DNA from: Nemertoderma westbladi
Lineage: Eukaryota > Animalia > Xenacoelomorpha
Direction of reading: 5' to 3'
NCBI GenBank assembly: GCA_032718475.1
Contig: JAUCBJ010008363.1
Location: forward strand, 1-64,000
DNA length: 64,000 nt
This document shows positions 1-9,660 of this stretch, piece after piece. The notes under the pieces were generated by a model, which was not told the origin of the DNA, did not search any database, and was given only the letters and a program-made list of their open reading frames with translations. Each line of letters begins with the position of its first letter. Position 1 is the first letter of the stretch. The translations under genes and the position numbers were made by a program.

Positions 1-980
1 CGATGACCGATCCCTTCGGGGTTCGTGAGGGGTGGGACGGACATGCGAAAGGGCTGGCCACAGGACTGGTTTGACAAGGACTGCCCTTAGCGGTCCCTGG
101 CCAACTGCAGCTACTACGAGCCTGAAAAGGACTCGGAACGCTGACTGCTTGTGTCAGGGATTTGCGACGGGCACCGACGGCCCCTTAGTAGCCAAGCCGT
201 TCTGGGTCTCGATGATCGAACCCCGGGGTTCGTGAGGGGTGGAGCGGACACGCGAACAGGTGGCCAACTTAAGACTGCCCCCTGACCTAAGCCGTACTGG
301 TTCTCGATGACCGATCCCTTCGGGGTTCGTGAGGGGTGGGACGGACATGCGAAAGGGCTGGCCACAGGACTGGTTTGACAAGGACTGCCCTTAGCGGTCT
401 CGGGTCAACTGCAGCTACTACGAGCCTGAAAAGGACTCGGAACGCTGACTGCTTGACTGTGATTTGCGACGGGAACCGACGACAGACCCCTTAGCCAAGC
501 CGTTCTGGTTCTCGATGATCGTTCCCTTCGGGGTTCGTGAGGGGTGGAACGGACACGCGATGGGGTCGAAAGACAAAGGACTAGACTCGACTAGACTCTA
601 CTGGCCTACCGACTGTTCGGAGCAGTTTCTCGGCTGCCGAAGCGACTACGAGCCTGAAAAGGACTCGGAAAGCCTAGGTGGTTGGGTTTCTGTGATGAAC
701 TGACGGACCCCTAGCCAAGCCGTTCTGGTTCTCGATGATCGAACCCTTCGGGGTTCGTGAGGGGTGGAACGGACACGCGAACGGGTCCACCGACACGACA
801 GACTCCTAGCCAAGCCGTACTGGTTCTCGATGACCGAACCCTTCGGGGTTCGAGAGGGGTGGTACGGATACGCGACAGAGTCTACCGACTGGACCGACCC
901 TTAGCCAAGCCGTGCCGGTTCTCGATGATCGTTCCCTTCGGGGTTCGTGAGGGGTGGAACGGACACGCGACAGGGTCGAC
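1..980 (+). ncRNA. Putative structured-RNA array: 7 type-A hairpin modules (one cut by the window edge) and 3 type-B modules
   Basis: Type A is [stem]-TAGCCAAG-CCGTTC..TTCTC-GATGAT-CGAACCC-TTCG-GGGTTCG-TGAG..GAACGG-ACACGCGA-[stem'], at <1-54, 179-265, 277-358, 485-567, 705-788, 800-883 and 895-978. The type B core ACTA-CGAGCCT-GAAA-AGGACTCG-GAA lies in ~82-173, ~387-473 and ~600-700. Closing stems differ between copies but stay complementary. G-U pairs and UUCG/GAAA loops favour the + strand. Expression is not shown. Confidence 0.6.
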
Positions 981-1367
981 CGACACCGACACTACGGCAC
1001 TAAGACTGGGACTGAGGGAAAATCTGGGGTACATTAGGTAGGCTAAAATTCTGAGCGAACAGTGGGTTATTAAATAATATACCGTAGGGATTTATATTAT
1101 CGTGTATACTTATTGTGAATATTTGGTGTATATTGATTTGGGGAAGCCCAAAATTATTCTTAATCAGGTTTCAACAGGTTTTCAACTATAGGAAGTTACA
1201 TTAAAGAGTATATCCAACTAATGCAGCTTTTCTCAACCGCAAACTTGCATCTTAGAAATATTCCCTCCCCACAATCAATATCCGGTGACTGGCCGGGGCT
1301 CGGTGGTCTGTTAAGTCACGTCTCCAGCATCGGCGTTTTTTCCCCTGGTGTAGGAATAACGGCAACA
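1..1367. mobile_element. End of an LTR-like (TGT...ACA) element inserted into the Polinton ATPase gene
   Basis: The ATPase frame reads ...RDLLII and loses similarity where Walker B DD is expected. The junction coincides with GGCAACA (1361-1367; TGTTGCC on minus), a typical integrase-processed end. The other end and the TSD are outside the window. Confidence 0.55.
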
Positions 1368-1630
1368 ATAATTAATAAATCTCGACTATTCACTAAAGTA
1401 TCTATATTTTCAGGCAAGCCTTTGTAAAGGTGTGTAATACCGGGAATAGTTGGTGGATTGCTCCCGTAACAATACAATACGCGCAAGGGAGCTTCGTTGA
1501 AGCAGCCATTCTTGTGTTTAATTAAATTCCCCACAAAAGTTGATTTTCCAGAACCAGATGGGCCTGAAATTATCATACTTGTTCCCATTTGAAAGTTTAA
1601 ATTATATGGACCTGAATTAAAGTCAGCCAT
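1368..1630 (-). pseudogene. Polinton-type DNA-packaging ATPase (A32/FtsK-like), N-terminal part, interrupted at Walker B
   Basis: MIISGPSGSGKSTFV (Walker A), then F...P.RVLYCYG, KGLP and LLII, the pattern typical of Maverick ATPases. The residues VAVIPTPGEK onward are read-through into the insertion. Confidence 0.8.
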
Positions 1631-1862
1631 TTATTATTATTATTATTAAGATATATCAACAATACAATACAATATAATATCAATATCAATATCAATATCA
1701 ATAAACCATCACCATTACTATGTATGTATATAACAATAATTGACGGAACTACAATAATATTAGAGTACTGTATATTTAATTAACATATAACACAACTACA
1801 GTATGCGACGCTCGCTGCAACAAAAGGTGCTATTTCCAATTATAGTATAGACTGATGTAATT

Positions 1863-2315
1863 TCAAGCATGGTGAGCATCTTTATACGCGAAATAATAAT
1901 AGGTAACATCGGCGGTTTGGAAATCACTTCCTGAGAATTTCGCGCTAATGATTTTTTTATGTTCGCTGCTAAAAAAATAAGGAATATAATAGCAACACCT
2001 TCGGACAACATTTCTAAAAAAAATATTCTCCAATATTGTAAATAAATCTCCAGGATCATTACTTTTCGCAGAAATATAAGTTATATTGCGAAGCTCTTTC
2101 CAATAAAAGGGCTGGTAACTTACCAACTTTATATTAAACTTAGATATGGGTGCGCGACAAATAGGACAAATTTTAGAACAATAATTATTCATTTCGGAAT
2201 ATTGTACAATACATTGTACGCAAGTTGCATGTTTATTTTCACATTTATAATAATCTCGATGTTGTTGCAATAAATTAGAATAGCAAACTGGGCATTTTTC
2301 ATTTAAAATATCCAT
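1863..2315 (-). CDS. RING-finger (C3HC4-like) protein, probable viral-type E3 ubiquitin ligase
   Basis: CPVC-x13-CENKHATCVQC-x13-CPICR. The likely ATG is at 2315 (MDILNEK), giving about 150 aa. Confidence 0.7.
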   Translation of the reverse strand: MDILNEKCPVCYSNLLQQHRDYYKCENKHATCVQCIVQYSEMNNYCSKICPICRAPISKFNIKLVSYQPFYWKELRNITYISAKSNDPGDLFTILENIFFRNVVRRCCYYIPYFFSSEHKKIISAKFSGSDFQTADVTYYYFAYKDAHHA

Positions 2316-2475
2316 TTTTCCAAATTTTAAAGTAAATTGAAAATAATTACCACAATACACAACAACAAACAAAACTGTTATACTGTATATACAAATACTA
2401 CTACAATTTTCGATTATTTAAAAACATTAAAATTTTATATATTATCATAAAATATTTATAATATAGGGGGAAAAG

Positions 2476-2901
2476 TCAAGAATCAATGATATTATCCGTT
2501 GATTCTTCAGTTTCGACAAAGGATTCTTTTGAAATCATTACAATAAAGAAAGACATAATTTTGTAGGGGCTATGTCGATTTAGCCGAATTTCAAACTTTT
2601 CACCAACTTCGTTGTATTGTGTAATAACAATAAACCCCTCTATCATGGATAATAGTAAGATGTTGTTTAATTTTCCCTCTTGCTCAACTTTCCGGTTGTA
2701 ATCTAAGAGATGAATACTATTATCAGAAGCATCAATATCGATTGAGCTTAAAACTTTCCTGGCTTTTTCAGAAAACTCAATTTTATATTTATCATCTCCC
2801 TGGCGGTAAATTGTATAATCAATAACAATATAGGCTTGACCATCTTCTGCAAAAAATGAATGCCTTACTATTGGCATAACCATATCGGAATCGGAAGACA
2901 T
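2476..2901 (-). CDS. Hypothetical 141-aa protein of the Polinton-like element
   Basis: ATG-initiated open frame in very AT-rich DNA, co-oriented with the RING and ATPase genes, with protein-like composition. No motif recognised. Confidence 0.55.
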   Translation of the reverse strand: MSSDSDMVMPIVRHSFFAEDGQAYIVIDYTIYRQGDDKYKIEFSEKARKVLSSIDIDASDNSIHLLDYNRKVEQEGKLNNILLLSMIEGFIVITQYNEVGEKFEIRLNRHSPYKIMSFFIVMISKESFVETEESTDNIIDS

Positions 2902-3069
2902 TATTTAATTTATTTTATTGTAAATCAAACAAAGTAAAAACTTTTTAAACTAAAACCATTACAAATGATTAATTGTGATTAAAGCGAGAGATTATATATA
3001 AGATATTTTCAACAAAAATAATACAGGTCTTAAATAAACTGAGAAATATCCTAAATTCCGTTTATTGAT

Positions 3070-3623
3070 TGGTTGATTAGCCGGTAGGGAAATACAGTAC
3101 AGTACAGTACAGTACAATTAAATAAAAAATTACGGTCGAGGTTGAGCGACTATGGAAATGTTCGTATACGTGTAGCTGGAAACGTGGTGGAATTTCACGT
3201 ATCCTACTGCTGGACTGGTAGGCTGCTTGGTTGGTTGGTTTGGTGACAGCCGTCGAGGAGTAACGGTGGGTAAATAATCGTTGAGTTGGCAATCGATATA
3301 ATATAATAGCGTGGTGGGGGCTAGCCACGCATCGTGAAATTAGGTTACGCGCGAAGATGAATATGCGATGGTTGGTTGATGCAACGACTCGAACCAATAC
3401 AGACGCTTGGTAACAGCTGTAGGAGTAAGGCAGGCATCGTGAGGTTAGGCTACGCGTAGGTGATACGCAGCGATTGGTTGAAGGCAACGAGGCGAATCAA
3501 TATTGATGGTGACAGATGGTGTAATTTAGCAACGGAATTTGTCATTTTTCATAGCCCTCCGAGATGTAGCCCGTAGCCCAAGCTAGGGAGGACTATGCTG
3601 GGGTCACCTCTTCCTCTACTACT
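3070..3623. repeat. Probable terminal inverted repeat region of the Polinton-like element
   Basis: GC-richer non-coding block between the last ORF and the ACTACT end. It contains (TACAG)n at ~3093-3116 and a diverged ~105-bp duplication (GCATCGTGA...GGTTGA.GCAACGA at ~3329 and ~3434). The partner TIR is not in the window and the inner boundary is approximate. Confidence 0.5.
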
Positions 3624-6612
3624 TATATCAAGCCCTTCAAACGCCTGCTCAGTGGTGCGGACCACTGCGGATGACAACCAGGACACCTTCTCAAAAGAGG
3701 TGATAGATAACATCAAACGAGACATATACATGGATGACAATTTAAAGTCCCTTCCATCAGTAAAAGAAGCCATTGATGTCGCGAAAGGAACGGTTGAGTG
3801 TTTGAAAAGAGGTGGATTTCGACTGACGAAGTTCACCAGCAACTCCCGTGAGTTTCTGGAAGCCATACCTGTAGAAGACCGGGGAGCAAAAGACCTCGAC
3901 TTAATACATGACGATCTTCCGGTAACCAAGACGCTTGGCTTGAAGTGGGACAACGAAAGAGATATCCTGTTTTTTCAGCTAAAACAGCGAGATAATCCAG
4001 TTCGGACCAAACGGATTTGTTTGAGTATTCTGAGTACTTATTTCGATCCCTTGGGATTTATTAGCCCAGTTATATTGATTGCTCGGAGTTTAGTACAACA
4101 AATGTGGCTTGAAAACCACTCATGGGACGATCTACTCAAGGGAGAACTATTAAAGAAGTGGATGAAATGGGAGGACTCGCTACCTGCCATCGAGAACTTT
4201 ATAATTTCCCGTTCATATTTTGGTCATGTTCTCCCTACGTATTCCTATCAACTCCATGTATTTGGAGATGCCAGCGATATGGGAATCGGTATAGTAGCAT
4301 ACCTGCGAGTCGAAACTCCGGATGGAATCAAAGTTGCCTTGGTTACCTCTAAGGCATTGATTAACAACAAGCTGAAGGTTCCTCGGGCGGAGTTAAAAGC
4401 AGCTTTATACGCTACAGCTATCGGCCGGAATGTAACAGAACAAATCGATTATCCACTAGAGAAAACTGTTTATTGGACCGACGCTTTACTTGTGTTGGAT
4501 TATATAACGAATGAAGTCTGTCAGTTCAGCGTCTTTGTTACTAACAGAGTGGCCATTATTCTTAGTTGCACAACGATAGATCAATGGAGACATTGCCCTG
4601 GTACGATTAACCCAGCTGACATCGCCTCCAGGGGAGCAACTCCACAGGAACTGATAGATACTCCTGACTGGTTGGGTGGACCCGACTTCATGAGCAAGGA
4701 AGAGGATGAATGGCCTCCTCACCTTTCTACGGCTGAGATTAGACAAGCCAAGGGAGCGGAGAAAGTCAAACCCAAAACTCGGACAAGTAAGTCGAAATTA
4801 TTTAAACCGACAATCGATCTATCTGTATTACATACTTCCGAAAACGATACTTCGGATCCACAATCCCTCGTCACAAACAAGTCTGTTGTAGAAATTAAGG
4901 ATAGAGATTGAAAATCTGGAATACCAGACGTTCCGCAAGGAATCTCACCTCTGCTGCAGAGAGCACTGCATCACTACAGTTCCTGGAATCGGCTCTGTAA
5001 AGCCGTCACATACTTAAAAAGAGGTTTTCACCATCACTACTCCAGGACGCAGACCACTAGTGATACTGCTCCAGTGACATCTGTGCAAGTTCATGTTATT
5101 AAGGATCTACCTAAATATAAAATACCCGATCGGTTTCTCAAGGAAAAGATCAGTTACCAAGAGCATGAAGAAACCAATAAGCAAATACTGAGATTCCTGC
5201 AATGCTATGAGGATTCCAATAAGTATTTTCTGTTGTTGAGAAATCCGCATATGCGCTTAAGGGATCGCTTCTCTAGCACAATGATAGATGGGTTAATACG
5301 TGTTGGAGGAAGGCTTACCAACGCCCCATTATCTTTTGACACTAAATTCCCTATACTCATTAGAAATCTTGAAGTACAAATCAAGATGATTGTCGATGTT
5401 CACAGTAAACTGTATCATGCTGGTAGAGAACGAGTTCTTAGCGAAATTCGAACTCGCTATTATTTTCATAAACCACGTAGAGCTCTGAACCAAGTTCTTA
5501 GGAACTGCATACCTTGTAGGAAAGCATTCAGTAGGCCTTTAACCCAGCGAGAGGCAGAATTACCTAGGGAACGAGTAAGCTTTTATGAACCACCCTTTAC
5601 TAATACTGGTGTGGATTTATTTGGCCCTATTGAAGTGTATCGTGCTAGGACTATAATCAAGAGATGGTGTGTCATCTTTGTCTGCATGACTTGTAGAGCT
5701 ATCCATCTTGATATGGTGAACGATCTATCTACTAACAGCTTCGTCTTATGTTTACGACGACAGATCGCTCGTTTCGGAACTAGCAACACGATGAGATCTG
5801 ATAAGGGAATGAACTTCATTGGTGCCAACAACGAAATTCAGGCTTACGTAAAGGACTGGAATCAAAGACAGGTGGACGACCAGCTACGAGTAACAGCGTC
5901 TAGCTGGACCTTTAACGCCGCCGACGCCCCTTGGTGGGGAGGAAGTTGGGAGAGATTAATTCGAAGTGTCAAGACCGCATTTCACTTTATAGTGCCGTGC
6001 CGCGCATATCTCACCGACGAACTCCTGCGGACGTTAATGGAGGAAATCGCTGCCTATCTTAACGAGAGACCGCTTATGCCAGTCTCATCGAGTCCCGATT
6101 CCCTGGAAGCGCTAACACCCGCGCACTTCCTACTTAAGAAACCCGTAGCCATGCTCCCACATTCCGAGATTGCCGACGGAGATGAATACTGCCGTCGAAC
6201 TTGGCAGCTTATGCAGTTGCTATCCCGTCGTTTCGCTGACCATTTTGAGAAACATTATCTGCCCACGCTACAACTTCGAACTAAGTGGTTTGCGCAGCAG
6301 GAAAATGTCAGCGCCGGAGACATGGTGCTTATTGTAGATCCGGACCTTCCACGTAGACGGTGGCAGACAGGTCGTATCATCGAGACGCACATCTCGGAGG
6401 ATGGTTTAGTGCGCTCAGTAGAACTCGTCGTCATGCGGCGTAACTTCAAGAAACCCGGCATAATCTTTGAGACACAACAACTCAATCGCCCAGTTGGTCG
6501 TTTATGTTTGCTGGAAAGAGATCGGGAACTCTCCGGAAACTATGGAAGGCAAGAAACTCTTCCCACGACCACCTCCCTAATTCCTCAAACATCTAGGGGC
6601 TCTTCAACGTAG
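3624..6612 (+). pseudogene. pol: BEL/Pao pol (RT C-terminal half, Pao RNase H, integrase), 5'-interrupted, one in-frame stop
   Basis: RT: SSPS, YMDD, GGFRLTKFTSNS, KTLGLKW, FDPLGFISP. RNase H: LHVFGDAS, VPRAEL, YWTDA, WRHCPGTINPADIASRG. Integrase: H-x4-H...CIPC zinc finger, GVDLFGP, RSDKGMNF, GGSWERLIRSVK, and a C-terminal YLPTLQ.R.KW...GDMVL. ORFs 3595-4911 and 5074-6612 share a frame, separated by TGA at 4909-4911. The gap encodes the conserved YSSWNRLCKAVTYLKR. Confidence 0.95.
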
Positions 6613-7153
6613 TACGTATAGAGTGGGTGTATGTCTATATTATTTTATCTATTTTATTACATTTTATATGTGAAGGTTATTATGTACTTTATTATAATCG
6701 TTTTTATTTAATTTTATTTAGTAAAATGTTATTTTAGAATATTTAGTAAATTAGTGCAATATATTAGTGTTTATTACGTACGTAATTACTTATAATATAT
6801 ATTTAGTGCGACGGCAAGAAATAATTATTTTTTCTCTTTCCTTACTGTCCGTATTATATTGTAAATGCGAGACTATAGTAAGATGACATGTCAGTACTTA
6901 TTAAAGTACAATAAAGCCACTACTATATTTAAGTATTATAGGTAGGCAGAGTATTAGGAATGCAAAGTTCAGATCCTCGTGTCTCGGCTAAACCAAGCTC
7001 TGGGTAGACCTTGGAAACGACTTGCCTCTTCACACTGACATTGCTTCGTGCGATATTGCTCTTCTACCTTATAACAAACAATACGTAGCGTGATGTCCCT
7101 CTAACAGTAGCGTAAAACGCAAATAAATCTGTTAAATCTTTTGACCATCTGTA

Positions 7154-7417
7154 ATTCTAGTCGATTAAGATATCGTGGCACCCACCGATATACTTGAAAG
7201 ACAAATTCTAGAATCAGTGGTTAACGTCCCCAGACAAGTTCTGGAATAAATCGGTGCCCATCCTAAATATTAATTTAATATTTATTAAAATCTGTAAAAT
7301 TTAGATCCTTTAAAATATTCTAGTCGATTAAGATATCGTAGCACTTACCGATACACTTAAAAGACAATTTCATAGAATTAAGGATCCTATGTCCCCAGAC
7401 CTGCTCTGGAATCAAAT
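7154..7417 (+). repeat. Diverged ~163-bp-period direct duplication with hairpin potential in the BEL 3' non-coding region
   Basis: TTCTAGTCGATTAAGATATCGT.GCAC..ACCGATA.ACTT.AAAGACAA...GTCCCCAGAC....TCTGGAAT occurs at ~7155 and ~7318. Confidence 0.8.
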
Positions 7418-8229
7418 TGTGTCAATTGTAATATCAAATAATAAAATTTCAGGGAATAAATTTGAGTTCATATTTTAATGAATTTAATAAATTGCAATTT
7501 TATACAATTTGCAATATTCCCAAAATTCCATTAATTAATAGATCACGGGAGCGGAGATTTATCCCATTGAATGTGTCAGAGTGCGAGAATCTCCAACATA
7601 TAGTCAATAGCCGATAAAATTCATAAAATCATGCATAAAGAGGATATTGACAATTAAAGAATTACTATTAAATAGCATCCCAAATCTGTATGCATGAGAA
7701 TTACCCTAATTCTACCGCTAGTTTTCCATAATGTCACCATGGCAACACCCACGCTAGAATTAGAAGCAAGTTAAAAGAACAATAAAAGGCTTGCCCCATT
7801 GCGTAGCATAAGAGGACACATAGCGCACTATTAGTATCCAAGGATACATAGTAATAACGTGACATTCTGGAAGACACTGACTAACGGACAAATGGCCTGC
7901 ATGTGTGCAGTAAGTAATGATTGTATGGAATTTGTGCGTTTATAGGTGAATGTTACTACTAAAGTGTGTTTACAGTAGCTAATCGCAATTGTAAAGTAGC
8001 CCTAACTCTACCGAGAGAACCTAAAGTGATTCAAGCCTTTGGGACGGACAGTGGAGGGACTTGTGCCGGTTGTCATTGTCGTGCTGTTGCTACATGTTGG
8101 CGTGAACACCGCGATGACGGTACATCGGCACTGAGAAACCCACTGTCCGGGGGTAAAGACTGATAGGCAGCAACGCCCGCTTGCCTAAATATTGACTCAT
8201 ACTAATATTAATAAACTCAGATAGCAGAT

Positions 8230-9582
8230 ATGATGGAATTAATAGAAGATGACCTTGGTATTAGAGAGCGATATACCCTACCTTTACAAGCGTTTGTGGA
8301 TAGCTTGATACGCGGTGAAGCCGATCCGACTATTACGGAGGACGATGGTAGTTATATCGAATCGCCTGTGTCCCAGGAGCAATTTACGCGTGAATTGGAC
8401 CATAGAAAATTTACCGCTCGCTATACGCATTGTAATAGTACGTATATGGACTTCTTAACTACCGGTCATTCTATCGATTTACACGATATGGGCTACGTCA
8501 ACTCCCACAGGGAAATGGTACTATTTACATATCCTACCCAGCGGAGGCGGAACGATAAACTGTAATTCGAATGCGAAAATTCTATTCGAAATCGATTCGA
8601 ACGAAATGACGTTCAAGAAGCGGATCTAACGCAACTCTAACGTATATTTAGAATTCTTGAGGGAAGCATTGTAACACCAAATAAATATCACCTGCGTTTC
8701 CTTTACAGGACGTACGTCTTTGGTATTATTGTGACGCATGCCCTAGACCCAACCAAGAAACGGAAAGACATAAACATCCTCGGAGACGTTGCGCTAAACA
8801 CAGTTTTACGCGTTATACTTACGGGAGTTTCGAGCGAAACCTGTTCGACGTATCACCTACGATCGCTCGTCTCAAACGATCATTAAATAAACCTATGATC
8901 GGAGTTCCGGAATACTCGGTCAGACCTCCTCATTCCCTAATGAGACCTCAGACTCTTGATCCTATTAGTATGACGGATCCTCCCGAGCTGTATTCACTGT
9001 TCAAAGATCTAGTGTTACCCTAACGATTAATCGGTAACACTCCAGCAGTGAGCTCTAGCTAGTCACCCATCTTACCTAGCCGTATTGGGACGCGGACACC
9101 TAATATCGCCATCAAACCGTGTAGTCGCCCAGTTTAATGCGATACAACCCTGCATCAAGGTGGAGGAGAGCGTTGTACGAAACAAATTAAACTCTGTTCT
9201 ATAAGGATCAGAAAAGAAACCTGCGTTTGTTCAAATAAACGTAAGTTGTAACAGCAAGTCCAAGCGATAAACGAATTGGATTTATCTCAGTTCGATTGGG
9301 AAATCCATAATCTCTAAGACGATATCGAGCTTGGACGATTATATTCTCGGCGAGGGTTTTGGACGAACGTATCCAACCATGAGCGGAGGAAAATCAGCTC
9401 GAGGAGAAGCATATCGAAACGGCGGATACACCGACCATAATCCCATACCTTCTGATGCAATCATATTGCACCCTTCACCCAGGAGTTATAGCCCTCCTTG
9501 TAAAGTGGCTCGCCCCAAAGAGAAAAAGACTCTTGCTAGCTTTAAAAAACTGCGTAAACGCCGTCCACGCAAGAAAGACTAA
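8230..9582 (+). pseudogene. Possible decayed accessory ORF of the BEL element
   Basis: Coding-like composition between AT-rich spacers. Open fragments at 8230-8565 and 9331-9582, the latter ending in the basic KKLRKRRPRKKD* about 70 bp before the PPT. No family recognised. Confidence 0.35.
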
Positions 9583-9660
9583 CTGTTTAGAGTATTTTCG
9601 TATTTTAGAAACTGTGATTTTGTATATTTTATAGACTTAAATCCCATTTTCTGGGAGCGG

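Larger units (their letters stand above)
1368..3623 (-). mobile_element. Polinton/Maverick (adintovirus-like) element, terminal fragment
   Basis: Terminus ACTACT at 3618-3623 (AGTAGT on minus) directly abuts a truncated BEL RT. Three compact, intronless, AT-rich, co-oriented ORFs include an A32/FtsK-type packaging ATPase N-terminus. The putative 6-bp TSD is TATATC (3624-3629). Confidence 0.75.

Noticed and set aside
1-980. CRISPR array (repeats with variable spacers)
   Set aside because: The repeats are ~70-90 bp and the variable parts pair with each other as stems. There are no cas genes and the context is eukaryotic.
1-980. Hammerhead ribozyme or SECIS elements
   Set aside because: The core reads CTCGATGA, not CTGANGA, and lacks a correctly placed GAAA/UH three-way junction. 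The upper helix is only ~7 bp with a UUCG loop, without the SECIS apical AA.
32-1041. Short ORFs on both strands of the GC-rich array
   Set aside because: They are by-products of repeated GC-rich sequence, mostly with non-ATG starts, and frame is not conserved between modules.
3077-3487. 136-aa minus-strand ORF
   Set aside because: It has a non-ATG start, runs through a microsatellite and lies in the presumed Polinton TIR, with no protein-like motif.
3549-6485. Antisense and alternate-frame ORFs overlapping pol
   Set aside because: These are shadows of the BEL pol reading frame.
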